Assembly: GCA_035497855.1 (NCBI GenBank) | Contig: DATKAS010000268.1 | Span: 1 to 40,906, forward strand | From: Acidimicrobiales bacterium | Lineage (GTDB): Bacteria; Actinomycetota; Acidimicrobiia; Acidimicrobiales; DATKAS01 | DNA: 40,906 nucleotides | Direction: 5' to 3' | Shown here: positions 15,551 to 24,787 of the stretch, piece by piece | How the letters are laid out: every line of letters begins with the position of its first letter | How positions within the stretch are numbered: the first letter of the stretch is position 1 | Position numbers and translations under genes: made by a program | The notes under the pieces: model-generated | The model's input: the letters and a program-made list of their open reading frames with translations, nothing else | The model's database searches: none | Told to the model about the DNA's origin: nothing

Positions 15551-15625
15551 TCTGGATAACTTGTGGACACTCCTGTGGAGACGTTGTGGACGAGGTGTGC
15601 GTGACGGCCGTCACGCTGTGGAAAG
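15551..15625 (-). promoter_or_regulatory. phased head-to-tail array of five DnaA-box-like 9-mers
   Basis: Minus-strand reading: TTATCCAGA (15551-59), GTGTCCACA (15562-70), GTCTCCACA (15574-82), TCGTCCACA (15585-93), CTTTCCACA (15617-25). Each has 1-2 mismatches to TTATCCACA or TTGTCCACA. All share one orientation, with start-to-start spacing of 11, 12, 11 and 32 bp. A locally AT-richer stretch lies at 15495-15550. Confidence 0.45.
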
Positions 15626-15672
15626 CGCGTCAGCAAACGGGATGCGGCAGCGGACGGCGCCGGGGCCGTCGG

Positions 15673-15678
15673 TAGGGT
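15673..15678 (+). promoter_or_regulatory. candidate -10 hexamer TAGGGT, 7 nt upstream of the zincin-like gene GTG (leaderless-type)
   Basis: The plus strand reads tagggt-cccgatc-GTG. Confidence 0.35.
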
Positions 15679-15685
15679 CCCGATC

Positions 15686-16030
15686 GTGGTCGTGTCGCCG
15701 GAGCGGTTCGAAGAGCTCGTCGCCGAGGCGCTCGACGGCATCCCTCCCGAGCTCGGCGCGCGCATGGACAACGTCGCGGTCTTCGTCGAGGACCGATCGC
15801 GCCAAGCGAACCTGCTCGGCCTCTATCAAGGCGTGCCGTTGACCAAGCGAGACAACGGGTACGCGGGGATGGTGATGCCCGACCGGATCACGATCTACCG
15901 ACTGCCGATCTGTGCGATCTCCGCGACCGAGGCCGACGTCGTGCGCCACGTGCGCGTGACGGTGATCCACGAGGTCGCGCATCACTTCGGCATCGACGAC
16001 AACCGCCTCGCCGAGCTGGGCTGGGCATGA
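15686..16030 (+). CDS. metallopeptidase-family (zincin-like, DUF1025-type) small protein
   Basis: 114 aa. HEVAHHFG is an HExxH motif near the C-terminus, and the N-terminus F..LV.EALD.IP fits this small zincin family. Confidence 0.75.
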   Translation: MVVSPERFEELVAEALDGIPPELGARMDNVAVFVEDRSRQANLLGLYQGVPLTKRDNGYAGMVMPDRITIYRLPICAISATEADVVRHVRVTVIHEVAHHFGIDDNRLAELGWA

Positions 16031-16069
16031 GAGCTCGTATGAGCTCGACTCGGGAATAGAGTGCGCGCC

Positions 16070-16747
16070 GTGGGTTACCCGACGCGGTTGCTCAACGACG
16101 GCGAGGAGATCGTCCTCGATCTCAAGCCTCACTGGATGTACATCGTGCCCACGATCATCGTGTGGCTCGGGGTGACGCTTCTCTGCCTCGTGCTCTGGAA
16201 CGTCAGCGGCCAGGACTGGATGCAGTGGGTGACCCTGATCGCCTTCCTCGGCCTCGGCGTCAACGCGGCAGTGCGGTACTCGAAGTGGACGACGACGAGC
16301 TTCACCGTCACGAACGATCGCGTCATCTTCCGCCAGGGCATGTTCGCGAAGTCCGGCGTCGAGATCCCGCTCGAGCGGATCATGAACGTCAACTTCAAGC
16401 AGTCGATCTGGGAGCGCATCGTCGGCGCCGGCGACCTCCTCATCGAATCCGGCGGCAAGGACGGTCAGAGCCGCTTCAGCGACATCCGCAAACCCGAGCT
16501 CGTCGGGAAGGAGATCCACGAGCAGGCGAACCAGTACGAGGAGAAGCCGGCACGGCGCGCCGCCGCAGCGGCGGGTGCGGCAGCGGCCTCGAACCTCCCG
16601 CCGCCTCCTGCGCCGGCGGCCCCGAGCGCTGCTGCGTCCGGTGACGCGACGGAGCAGCTCGCGAAGCTCCACGACCTGCTCACCAAGGGCGCGATCACGC
16701 AGGCCGAGTACGACGCGAAGAAGGCCGAGCTGCTCAACCGCCTGTAG
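16070..16747 (+). CDS. membrane protein with bacterial PH (bPH_2/YdbT-like) domain and C-terminal SHOCT domain
   Basis: Two TM helices are followed by TTTSFTVTNDRVIFRQGMFAKSGVEIPLERI.NV...QSIWERIVGAGDLLIESGG (bPH_2 pattern), an Ala/Pro linker, and a C-terminal LAKLHDLLTKGAITQAEYDAKKAELL (SHOCT pattern). I prefer GTG 16070 because TAGAGT (16057-62) lies 7 nt upstream. The alternative is GTG 16061. Confidence 0.75.
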   Translation: MGYPTRLLNDGEEIVLDLKPHWMYIVPTIIVWLGVTLLCLVLWNVSGQDWMQWVTLIAFLGLGVNAAVRYSKWTTTSFTVTNDRVIFRQGMFAKSGVEIPLERIMNVNFKQSIWERIVGAGDLLIESGGKDGQSRFSDIRKPELVGKEIHEQANQYEEKPARRAAAAAGAAAASNLPPPPAPAAPSAAASGDATEQLAKLHDLLTKGAITQAEYDAKKAELLNRL

Positions 16748-17415
16748 TGCGGGTCGTCAGCCTCGTCCCGTCGGTCACTGAGACGCTGCTCGCGTGGGGC
16801 ATCACCCCGGTCGCGGTCACGCGCTTCTGCGAGCACCCCGAGCTCCCGCACGTCGGCGGCACGAAGGATCCCGACATCGCCCGCATCGTGGCGCTCGCCC
16901 CGGATCTCGTCGTGGTGAACGACGAAGAGAACCGCAAAGAGGACTTCGACGCGTTGACGCGTGCAGGACTGACGGTGCACGTGGTGCGGATCGCGGGCGT
17001 CGACGACGTGCCGATCGCGATGACCGCGCTGGCCGACGCGGTGGCACAGGACTACGTCTCCCCGGCGCTCCTTCAGGCGGTCCCGCAGCGCGTCCGAGCG
17101 TTCGTGCCGATCTGGCGGCGACCGTGGATGACGATGAACCGCGAGACGTACGGCTCGTCGCTGCTCGCACGCCTCGGCGTCGCGAACGTGTTCGCGGAGG
17201 CCGACGATCGCTATCCCGAGATCTCGCTCGACGAGGTGCCGCCAGCCGACGTCGTCCTCGCGCCGTCGGAGCCGTACCCGTTCAGTGGGCGCCACGAGGC
17301 GGAGCTCCGAGCGATCGCGCCTGTGCGGCTCGTCGACGGCAAGGACCTGTTCTGGTGGGGCGTGCGCACACCGGGCGCGCTCATGCGGCTCACGGCGCAG
17401 CTCAGCGATCTGTGA
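16747..17415 (+). CDS. helical-backbone periplasmic-binding-fold protein (BtuF/TroA-like, cobalamin/siderophore-binding family) without a signal peptide
   Basis: MRVVSLVPSVTETLLAWG...GGTKDPD...I.ALAPDLVV... is the typical N-terminal lobe of Peripla_BP_2 proteins. 222 aa. The GTG overlaps the preceding TAG by 1 nt. Confidence 0.65.
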   Translation: MRVVSLVPSVTETLLAWGITPVAVTRFCEHPELPHVGGTKDPDIARIVALAPDLVVVNDEENRKEDFDALTRAGLTVHVVRIAGVDDVPIAMTALADAVAQDYVSPALLQAVPQRVRAFVPIWRRPWMTMNRETYGSSLLARLGVANVFAEADDRYPEISLDEVPPADVVLAPSEPYPFSGRHEAELRAIAPVRLVDGKDLFWWGVRTPGALMRLTAQLSDL

Positions 17416-18400
17416 CGCTCGCTCCACCGACAGGCCGCACGATCCAGCCCATGTCGCGCACCGCTCCTCTCTCCGCGAGCGCGACGACGCAGCCGCCGAA
17501 GCCCGCGCCCGTGAGGCGTGCGCCATAGACGCCTGGGATCGAGCGCAAGGTCTCGACCCATCGGTCGAGCTCCGGGGTCGACACCTCGTAGTCGTCTCGC
17601 AGGCTCGTGTGGCTCTCGTCCATCATCAGGCCGGCGTCGCGGAAGGCTCGTGCACGGATCGCCCGAGAGAACCAGTCGACGCGTTCGTTCTCCGAGATCA
17701 CATGGCGGGCGCGAGCGCGCACCCGCTCGTCCCTGATCTGCCACAGGTCGTCGATCCCTGCGTCGCGCAGCGGCCCGATGATCCGCTCGGCTTCCGCGCA
17801 GGCGCGCACGCGGTCTTCGTAGGCCGACGCGGTGAGCATCCGCGGCGTGCCGGTGTCGACCACCACGACGTCGAGCTCGTCCGGCAGCTCGATCGGTGTG
17901 ATGTCGAGTGATCGGCAATCGATCAGCAGCGCCGCACCCTCGACGCCACCAGCGGACGCGAGCTGGTCCATGATCCCGCACGGCACGCCCGATGCTCGCT
18001 GCTCGGCGCGTTGGCACGACTGCGCCAGCGCGAGCGTCGTGCCGCCTGCCCCGAGCGCGAGTGCGACCGCAACTTCGAGCGCCGCGCTCGACGAGAGGCC
18101 CGCGCCGATCGGGATCGTCGTCGACACATCCCCGGTGAAGCCCGTCGAAGGTCGCAGCTCCGCGACGACGCCTGCGACGTAGCGAGCCCACTGGGGCTCG
18201 ACGCACTCCGGCTCCTGGACGTCGATCGGAACGACCGCGGGCGCAGCAGCATCGGCTGACCGGAGCGTGACCTCGTGGCCGCGACGCTCGCCACGCACCT
18301 CGGTCCATCGATCGATCGCCATCGGCAGCACGAGACCGCCCGTGTAGTCCGTGTGGTCGCCGATGAGGTTCACGCGCCCCGGCGCGCGAGCGACGATCAC
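17402..18400 (-). CDS. galK: galactokinase
   Basis: GTG at 18400 overlaps the galT TGA (GTGA). Signature APGRVNLIGDHTDY and GHMP-kinase motif PIGAGLSSSAA. The C-terminal GARLTGAGFGGC is also present. 332 aa, with a short N-terminus. Confidence 0.88.
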   Translation of the reverse strand: MIVARAPGRVNLIGDHTDYTGGLVLPMAIDRWTEVRGERRGHEVTLRSADAAAPAVVPIDVQEPECVEPQWARYVAGVVAELRPSTGFTGDVSTTIPIGAGLSSSAALEVAVALALGAGGTTLALAQSCQRAEQRASGVPCGIMDQLASAGGVEGAALLIDCRSLDITPIELPDELDVVVVDTGTPRMLTASAYEDRVRACAEAERIIGPLRDAGIDDLWQIRDERVRARARHVISENERVDWFSRAIRARAFRDAGLMMDESHTSLRDDYEVSTPELDRWVETLRSIPGVYGARLTGAGFGGCVVALAERGAVRDMGWIVRPVGGASVTDR

Positions 18401-19236
18401 GTCGCAGACGCGCGCAGCGCCGCGGCTGCGCTCTCCGGCGGGACCGGGTTGAAGTACACCTCGGAGCCGAGCTCGCCCGCAGCGATGTAGCGCGAGACGC
18501 CGGCGCTCCGCCACGGCGACACGAGGTGCGCGTGCAGAGGCGGACCGCTCCACTCGTCGCCGTCGAAGGGCCGCTGGTGGAACCAGAGCATGTACGGCAG
18601 CGGTCGGTCGTACAGGGCATCGAGGCGACCGACCACGTCGACGAGGAGGCCCGCGAGGCCGTCGCGACCTCTGTCGTCGAGTGAGGGGAGGTCGGCGACC
18701 CCGTCGTCCGTCGCGAGCCGAAGGTCGATCGGCCATGCAGAGGCAGCTGCCGCCCACGCGCTCCACGCGCCGACGGTCGCAACGTGCCTCGGCTCGCCGA
18801 CTCGGGCGCGGTCGGCGTCGAGGTCACCCTCGCGTGCAGGCCCGGGCGGCACCTCTTCGAACGCATAGATCTGACCGTGCGGATGATCGATCGTCGCCCC
18901 GACCTCGCTGCCTCGGTTCTCGAACACCAGCACGTAGGCCACGTCGTCGCGCCCGCCCAGTGCGGCGCTCCGGTCGGCCCACAGGTCGACGACGCGCCGC
19001 GCTCGCTCGACTCCGAGTGACGCGAACGACGCGTCATGGTCTGGCGTGTAGAGCACGACCTCGCACCGCTCGTCGGGCATCGCAGGGAAGCGGTTCGTGA
19101 ACGAGCGGACCACATACGCCTCGGGCGCCTCGAGGCCACCCACGCAGAACGGGCACCCGCCGGCGGGGAGGTTGGGTCGCGCCTGCCGGGAACTGACGAC
19201 GACCGTGGTCGCGCCGGTGAGCGGGTCGGTCAGCAC
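18397..19236 (-). CDS. galT: galactose-1-phosphate uridylyltransferase (short form)
   Basis: CPFC zinc motif near the N-terminus and active-site HPHGQ. 279 aa. GTG start at 19236. Directly coupled to galK. Confidence 0.85.
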   Translation of the reverse strand: MLTDPLTGATTVVVSSRQARPNLPAGGCPFCVGGLEAPEAYVVRSFTNRFPAMPDERCEVVLYTPDHDASFASLGVERARRVVDLWADRSAALGGRDDVAYVLVFENRGSEVGATIDHPHGQIYAFEEVPPGPAREGDLDADRARVGEPRHVATVGAWSAWAAAASAWPIDLRLATDDGVADLPSLDDRGRDGLAGLLVDVVGRLDALYDRPLPYMLWFHQRPFDGDEWSGPPLHAHLVSPWRSAGVSRYIAAGELGSEVYFNPVPPESAAAALRASAT

Positions 19237-19257
19237 TGCTCGCTCCGCACCGCTCGC

Positions 19258-20154
19258 TCAGCAGAGCGAGAGCGCGACGGCGAGCCGTTCGACGGCGTCG
19301 AGGTCGAAGGGTGCCCGCAGCGCGATGTTCACCTGGTCGGCTCCCGCGTCGACGTACTCCCCGATGCGGTCGAGCGCTTCCTGGTCGCTGCCACCCAGCA
19401 CGCCTGGTCGCACGAAGTCCGCCAGCCCACCGAACTGCGTACGCAGGCTGTCCTCCGTCCACGCGAGCCCGAGGTTCACCGACGTGCGGATGTCGTCGGG
19501 GTCCCGGTCGACGGCGTCGCAATGCTGCTGGAGCACCCCGCGCTTGCGGGCGAACGTGTCGGGATCGACGAACGGGACGTTCCACCCGTCAGCCCACTGC
19601 GCCGCGATCCGCAATGTGCGCTTCTCGCCCTGCCCGCCGATCCAGATGGGGAGGGCCGGTTGCACGGGCTTCGGCTCGCAGCGCGCCTCGTGCAGCTCGA
19701 ACCACTCACCCTTGAAGTCCGTGACTTCGTCGCGCAGCAAGCCACGAACGCATTGGATCGCTTCCTCCAGCTGGTCCATGCGCACGCGCACCGGCGGGAA
19801 CGGGATGCCATAGGCCCGATACTCGATCTCGCTCCAGCCGGCGCCGAGCCCGATGTCGGCCCGACCGCCACTGATGTGGTCGATCGTCGCGATGGCGTTC
19901 GCCAGGACAGCCGGATGGCGATAGCCGATCGAGTACACGAGTGATCCACACCGCACCTTGCTCGTGTCGCACGCGAGCGCCGCATGGGTCGAGACCGCCT
20001 CGAGGCACTCGGCGCCTTCGGTGAGGGTCGCCGAGTAGAAGTGGTCCCAGACAGAGATCCAGCCGAACCCGAGGTCCTCCACGCGGCGCCACACCGAGCG
20101 CAGCGCGCTCATCGACGTGTTCTGGAGCCCGGCGTGCACACCGAAGACGGTCAC
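19258..20154 (-). CDS. LLM-class (luciferase-like) flavin/F420-dependent oxidoreductase
   Basis: GTG at 20154 ([11 protein letters not shown]...[12 protein letters not shown]...[11 protein letters not shown]...ALPIWIGG) follows the luciferase-like monooxygenase pattern. 298 aa. The upstream part of the listed ORF is antisense to the CoA-transferase gene. Confidence 0.8.
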   Translation of the reverse strand: MTVFGVHAGLQNTSMSALRSVWRRVEDLGFGWISVWDHFYSATLTEGAECLEAVSTHAALACDTSKVRCGSLVYSIGYRHPAVLANAIATIDHISGGRADIGLGAGWSEIEYRAYGIPFPPVRVRMDQLEEAIQCVRGLLRDEVTDFKGEWFELHEARCEPKPVQPALPIWIGGQGEKRTLRIAAQWADGWNVPFVDPDTFARKRGVLQQHCDAVDRDPDDIRTSVNLGLAWTEDSLRTQFGGLADFVRPGVLGGSDQEALDRIGEYVDAGADQVNIALRAPFDLDAVERLAVALSLC

Positions 20155-20160
20155 GATGCG

Positions 20161-20166
20161 ACGGTA
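20161..20166 (-). promoter_or_regulatory. candidate -10 hexamer TACCGT, 6 nt upstream of the LLM oxidoreductase GTG (leaderless-type)
   Basis: The minus strand reads taccgt-cgcatc-GTG. Confidence 0.3.
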
Positions 20167-20241
20167 GCCCTCGGGAGCCTGGTCCCACCCGGCGTAGAGT
20201 CGCGGCGATCCCACACCACGTACGCGCAGGAGGCACGCCCG

Positions 20242-21396
20242 ATGGCCGGACCGCTCACCGGATATCGCATCATCGAGGTTGCGGGCATCGGCCCCGGTCC
20301 GTTCTGCGCGATGTTGCTCGCGGACATGGGCGCGGACGTCGTGCGCATCGATCGTGCGGAGCGGGCGTCCGGCAACCCCGACTCGCCGCCGCCCTACTAC
20401 GACGTGATGGGCCGCGGGCGTCGTTCGATCGCCGTCGACCTGAAGAACCCCGACGGCGTCGAGACCGTCCTGAAGCTCGTCGAGAGCGCTGATGCGCTGA
20501 TCGAGGGCTTCCGTCCCGGTGTGATGGAGCGCCTCGGCATCGGCCCGGAGCAGTGCCACGCGCGCAACCCCAAGCTCGTGTTCGGACGCATGACCGGTTG
20601 GGGTCAGGACGGTCCGTACGCCGCGTGGGCCGGCCACGACATCAACTACATCGCGCTCGCCGGCTGCCTCGCGTACATCGGCAACGTGGACGGGCCGCCC
20701 GTGCCTCCGCTCAACCTCGTCGGCGACTTCGGCGGCGGAGGGATGTTCCTCGCGTTCGGTGTCGCGTGCGCGCTGCTCGACGCGCAGAAGACGGGGAAGG
20801 GTCAGGTCGTCGATGCGGCGATGGTCGACGGCGCGGCCATCTTGATGTCGATGTTCCATGGCTTCAGCGCGACCGGCATGTGGAGCGACACGCGAGGTAC
20901 CAACCTCCTCGACACCGGCGCGCACTTCTACGACGCGTACGAGTGCTCCGACGGTGAGTACGTCTCGATCGGATCGATCGAGCCGCAGTTCTACGCGGAG
21001 CTCTTGCGCATCACCGGGCTGTCCGACGACCCGGAGTTCGCGAAGCAGATGGATCGCGCAGCGTGGCCCGCGCTCAAGCGGCGCCTCCGCGAGGTGTTCC
21101 GCACGAAGACCCGAGACGAGTGGTGCTCGCTCATGGAGCACACCGATGTGTGCTTCGCTCCGGTGCTCTCGATCCGAGAGGCAGCTGCGCACCCACACAA
21201 CGTCGCCCGCAAGACGTTCGTCGAGGTCGGTGGTGTCTCCCAGCCGGCGCCGGCACCCCGCTTCTCACGATCGACGGCAGAGGTGGCGCGCCCGCCTGCG
21301 AACATCGGGCAGCACTCCGACGAGGTGCTCGCCGACTGGCTCACACTCAGCGTCGACGAGATCGCGAAGCTCCACGAATCCGGCGCGGTGCGCTGA
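20242..21396 (+). CDS. CaiB/BaiF family III CoA-transferase (alpha-methylacyl-CoA racemase-like)
   Basis: ATG at 20242 is preceded by gcaggagg. [38 protein letters not shown] is the canonical family III N-terminus. 384 aa. Confidence 0.85.
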   Translation: MAGPLTGYRIIEVAGIGPGPFCAMLLADMGADVVRIDRAERASGNPDSPPPYYDVMGRGRRSIAVDLKNPDGVETVLKLVESADALIEGFRPGVMERLGIGPEQCHARNPKLVFGRMTGWGQDGPYAAWAGHDINYIALAGCLAYIGNVDGPPVPPLNLVGDFGGGGMFLAFGVACALLDAQKTGKGQVVDAAMVDGAAILMSMFHGFSATGMWSDTRGTNLLDTGAHFYDAYECSDGEYVSIGSIEPQFYAELLRITGLSDDPEFAKQMDRAAWPALKRRLREVFRTKTRDEWCSLMEHTDVCFAPVLSIREAAAHPHNVARKTFVEVGGVSQPAPAPRFSRSTAEVARPPANIGQHSDEVLADWLTLSVDEIAKLHESGAVR

Positions 21397-21409
21397 CGGG
21401 GGCTCTGGA

Positions 21410-22198
21410 GTGGCGACGCTCGTGTGCTTCCACGCACACCCGGACGACGAGTCGATCACGACGGGCGGCACGATCGCCCGCGCCGTCGCCGAAGGCCACC
21501 GCGCTGTCCTCGTCGTCGCGACGCGCGGCGAGCACGGTGAGGTGCCCGAGGATCTCGCCGAGGGTGAGACCCTCGCCGACCGTCGAGTGGCGGAGACGAT
21601 GCGCTCGGCTGCCGTGCTCGGCATCGCTCGGGTGGAGTTCCTCGGGTACACCGACTCGGGCATGGACGGGTGGGAGCAGAACCACGAGCCGAACTGCTTC
21701 TGGCAGGCACCGGTCGACGAGGCCGCGGAACGGCTCGCCGCGCTTCTGAGGGAAGAGGACGCGGACGTCCTCACCGTCTACGACTCGCACGGCAACTACG
21801 GCCACCCCGATCACATCCAGGTGCACCGCGTCGGGCACCGCGCCGCCGAGCTCGCGGGCACGCCCTCGGTGTACGAGGCGACGATGAACAGGGACGCGGT
21901 GCAGCGCTTGGTGGAGATGGCGAGGGAGCTGGCGCCCGAGCTCGACATCGAGCCGCCCGAGATGCCAGAGGAGGTGGAGTTCGGCGAGCCCGAGTCGGCC
22001 ATCACGACCGCGGTCGACGTGCGGGCATACATCGCCCAGAAGCGGGACTCGATCACGATGCACGCCAGCCAGGTGACCGACTCGAGCTTCTTCTTGCGGA
22101 TGCCGCCCGACGTGTTCGCGCAGGCGTTCTCCACCGAGTGGTTCATTCGCAAGGGAGCGCCGCCCGGCATCCACGAAGACAAGCTCGCAGGGCTGTGA
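21410..22198 (+). CDS. PIG-L family deacetylase (LmbE/MshB/Mca-like)
   Basis: GTG at 21410. Zinc-binding motifs AHPDDE and HPDH. 262 aa. Confidence 0.8.
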   Translation: MATLVCFHAHPDDESITTGGTIARAVAEGHRAVLVVATRGEHGEVPEDLAEGETLADRRVAETMRSAAVLGIARVEFLGYTDSGMDGWEQNHEPNCFWQAPVDEAAERLAALLREEDADVLTVYDSHGNYGHPDHIQVHRVGHRAAELAGTPSVYEATMNRDAVQRLVEMARELAPELDIEPPEMPEEVEFGEPESAITTAVDVRAYIAQKRDSITMHASQVTDSSFFLRMPPDVFAQAFSTEWFIRKGAPPGIHEDKLAGL

Positions 22199-22749
22199 CC
22201 CGCCTCGTCCTCGTGCGGCACGGCCGCGCTGCGGGAGGGTGGGACGACGACCTCGATCCCGGGCTCGACGATCTGGGGCGGGCGCAGGCCGAGGCGATGG
22301 CCGATCTCGTCGCGCCGCGCGGGCCGATGCCCATCCTCGTGAGCCCGATGCGCCGCTGCCGCGAGACCGCGGCACCGCTCGAACGTCGGTGGGGCACCGC
22401 GGCCACGGTCGAGCCGGCCGTGAGCGAGATCCCGTCCCCGCCCGGGGTCACGATGGAAGCGCGCACAACCTGGCTGCATGTCGCGATGGCCGGCACGTGG
22501 GCCGACCTCGGCGACGCTTACACGAGCTGGCGCGATGGGGTGGTCGAGCGGCTGCTCGCGATCGAGACCGACACGGTCGTGGTCAGCCACTTCGTGGCGA
22601 TCAACGCGGCGATCGGCGCCGCGACCGGATCCGATCAGATCGTCATCTCGGCTTCCGGCTACTGCTCCCAGACTGTGATCGACGTCGTCGACGGTGGGCT
22701 GGTGCTGATCGAGCGGGGGTTCGAGGCGCCTGACACGCTGGTGCGGTGA
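22195..22749 (+). CDS. histidine phosphatase family protein (phosphoglycerate-mutase-like)
   Basis: The GTG overlaps the preceding TGA (GTGA). N-terminal LVLVRHGRA (RHG motif) and a later VVVSH. 184 aa. Confidence 0.75.
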   Translation: MTRLVLVRHGRAAGGWDDDLDPGLDDLGRAQAEAMADLVAPRGPMPILVSPMRRCRETAAPLERRWGTAATVEPAVSEIPSPPGVTMEARTTWLHVAMAGTWADLGDAYTSWRDGVVERLLAIETDTVVVSHFVAINAAIGAATGSDQIVISASGYCSQTVIDVVDGGLVLIERGFEAPDTLVR

Positions 22750-23867
22750 ACGAGCTGCTCGGCGAGGCGTGGACCCACACCGGGTACGCGCAGCGGCTCC
22801 ACTTCGGCTCGGGCGTCGTCGCCCGGCTCCCCGAGATCGCGAAGGAGCTCGGCATCCGACGAGCCCTGCTCGTCACCACCGCTGGGCGCGCCGACTCCGA
22901 GGACGGCGCGCGCATCGTGAAGCTGCTCGGCCGGTCGCTCGTCTCCACGTTCGCCGAGACTCGCTCGCACGTGCCGACGACGACCGTGCAAGCGGCGATG
23001 CAACAAGCACGGCGTGACGCGGTCGACGGCGTCGTCTCGTTCGGCGGAGGTTCCTGCGCAGATCTCGGCAAAGCAGTGAGCTACTTCACCGAGCAAGAGG
23101 CGGGCACCCCCGGGGCCTCGTATGCGGATCGGCCCGCGCTCCGACACATCGCGATCCCGACCACGTACTCCGGAGCGGAGCTCACGCCGTTCTTCGGCAT
23201 GACCGACGAGCGCACGCACACCAAAGGTGGTGGGGGAGGGCCGACGACCGCGCCGATCGCCGTCGTGTACGACCCGCTCCTCACGCTCGGCATGCCCGCT
23301 CGGGTGAGCGCAGAGACCGGCATGAACGCGGTCGCGCACTGCGTCGAGGCGGCGTACTCGCCGCGTCGCACCCCCGAAGCCGAGGCGATCGCACTCGCGG
23401 GGATCCGTCGGCTCGGTCGCGCGTTGCCTTCAGTCGTCGACGACCCGGACGACGTCGATGCTCGCACCGACGCGCTCGCCGGCGCAGCCCTTGCCGGCCG
23501 CTCCCTCGAGAACGCCAGCATGGGAGTGCACCACGGGCTCGCGCAGCTCCTGGGCGGACGCACTGGCATCCCACACGGGCTGGCCAACGCGGTGATCCTC
23601 CCGCATGCGATGCGATTCAACGCCGACGTGGCCCCCGACGAGATGCAACGCATCGGCGAGGCGCTCGGCGATCCCGACGATCCCGCCGGCGCCGTGGCCA
23701 GGCTCGTCGAGCGGCTCGGGCTCCCGACTCGACTGCGGGACTGCGACATCGACGAGGACGAGCTCGACGCCGTCGCGCGCATGTCGCAGTCGAGTGGCGC
23801 AGTGCAGGCGAACCTCCGCCCGGTCGGCGAGTCCGATGCCCGGGCGATCCTCGCCGACGCGTTCTGA
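22746..23867 (+). CDS. iron-containing alcohol dehydrogenase family protein (maleylacetate reductase-like)
   Basis: The GTG overlaps the preceding TGA (GTGA). SFGGGSCADLGKA is the GGGSxxD motif, and conserved His residues occur in AVAHCVEA and GVHHGLAQLLG. 373 aa. The specific substrate is not determinable. Confidence 0.75.
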   Translation: MNELLGEAWTHTGYAQRLHFGSGVVARLPEIAKELGIRRALLVTTAGRADSEDGARIVKLLGRSLVSTFAETRSHVPTTTVQAAMQQARRDAVDGVVSFGGGSCADLGKAVSYFTEQEAGTPGASYADRPALRHIAIPTTYSGAELTPFFGMTDERTHTKGGGGGPTTAPIAVVYDPLLTLGMPARVSAETGMNAVAHCVEAAYSPRRTPEAEAIALAGIRRLGRALPSVVDDPDDVDARTDALAGAALAGRSLENASMGVHHGLAQLLGGRTGIPHGLANAVILPHAMRFNADVAPDEMQRIGEALGDPDDPAGAVARLVERLGLPTRLRDCDIDEDELDAVARMSQSSGAVQANLRPVGESDARAILADAF

Positions 23868-23950
23868 CGACCACCTCGCAGCCGACGCTGCCCTCCGGGC
23901 GAAGCAGTTGGGTACGCTGGGCGGATCCGACACCACGGAGGTAAGGGTCG

Positions 23951-24787
23951 ATGAGGAAGCTGATGCCCGCGGGGGAGCTGGCTCGAGACGACCGGTTCGA
24001 GCGCATCACCATCGAGGACGCGATCTTCGATCCCCGCAACGCCTACGTTGCGGCCCGCCGCCGTGAGAACGGCTTCGACCCTCGGGTCGCCGAGGCGCCC
24101 GACAGCGCTCGGGGCCTCATGCACGGCATCTTCGTCGGCGAGATCCAGGCGCTCGAGGGCGCGGGCCGCACCTGCTGGGACTTCGACACCGGATCGAGCG
24201 AGGGCGACGTGCCCTTCGAGCTCAAGCTCGACATGGCCCGGCAGTGCTGGGACGAAGCTCGCCACGTCGAGATCTCCGTGAAGCTCTCCGACCACATGGG
24301 CACCGAGCTCGGTGAGTTCGCCGAGCAGACGCTGCTGTTCGAAGCAGCGTGCAACGAGGATCCGGTGTTGCGCCTCGCGGGCGTCAACCGGGCGCTCGAG
24401 GGCCTTGCGATCGATGTGTTCACCGCGATGCGGGACTTCGGCGGTGCCTTCGCCGACCCGGTGCTGTACTTCTGCGAGGACTGGATGCTCGCGGACGAGG
24501 TCACCCACGTGAAGATGGGCTCCGACTGGCTGCGGCGCATCACCGCGAAGGACCCGGATCGCCAGAAGCGGGCGCTCGACTTCCAGCGCACCGTCGACAA
24601 GGTGTTCTCGTTCGGCGGGTTCCGAGGTGAGGAGGAGGAGAACCCGGTGCACCTGGCCCGCAAGTTCCGCGGGCTCGCGGGCTTCACCGACGACGAGATC
24701 AGCGACCTCGTCGATGTCGCGGCCGAGGCATACGCCGAGGCGCTCGCGCAGGCCGAGGCGGCTGCCGCGGCTCTCACCGCCTCCTGA
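23951..24787 (+). CDS. ferritin-like di-iron protein (DUF455 family)
   Basis: ATG is preceded by ggaggtaagg. Carboxylate/His ligand motifs are spaced as in ferritin-like four-helix bundles: EIQALE, DEARH, ALEGLAID, ADEVTH. 278 aa. Confidence 0.65.
   Translation: MRKLMPAGELARDDRFERITIEDAIFDPRNAYVAARRRENGFDPRVAEAPDSARGLMHGIFVGEIQALEGAGRTCWDFDTGSSEGDVPFELKLDMARQCWDEARHVEISVKLSDHMGTELGEFAEQTLLFEAACNEDPVLRLAGVNRALEGLAIDVFTAMRDFGGAFADPVLYFCEDWMLADEVTHVKMGSDWLRRITAKDPDRQKRALDFQRTVDKVFSFGGFRGEEEENPVHLARKFRGLAGFTDDEISDLVDVAAEAYAEALAQAEAAAAALTAS

Noticed and set aside
15029-15685. Calling this region the chromosomal origin (oriC)
   Set aside because: No dnaA, dnaN, rpmH or parAB genes are in the window, and there is no clear 13-mer/DnaA-trio unwinding element. 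Only a box cluster is supportable, so it is reported as DnaA-box-like rather than as oriC.
15021-15771. ORFs inside the large intergenic region (15021..15380 minus, 15064..15771 minus, 15037..15675 plus and others)
   Set aside because: Their composition (poly-Arg/Pro/Gly/Ser) is like wrong-frame translations. They have no motifs and no SD or leaderless-type promoter at their starts. Several run through the neighbouring real genes.
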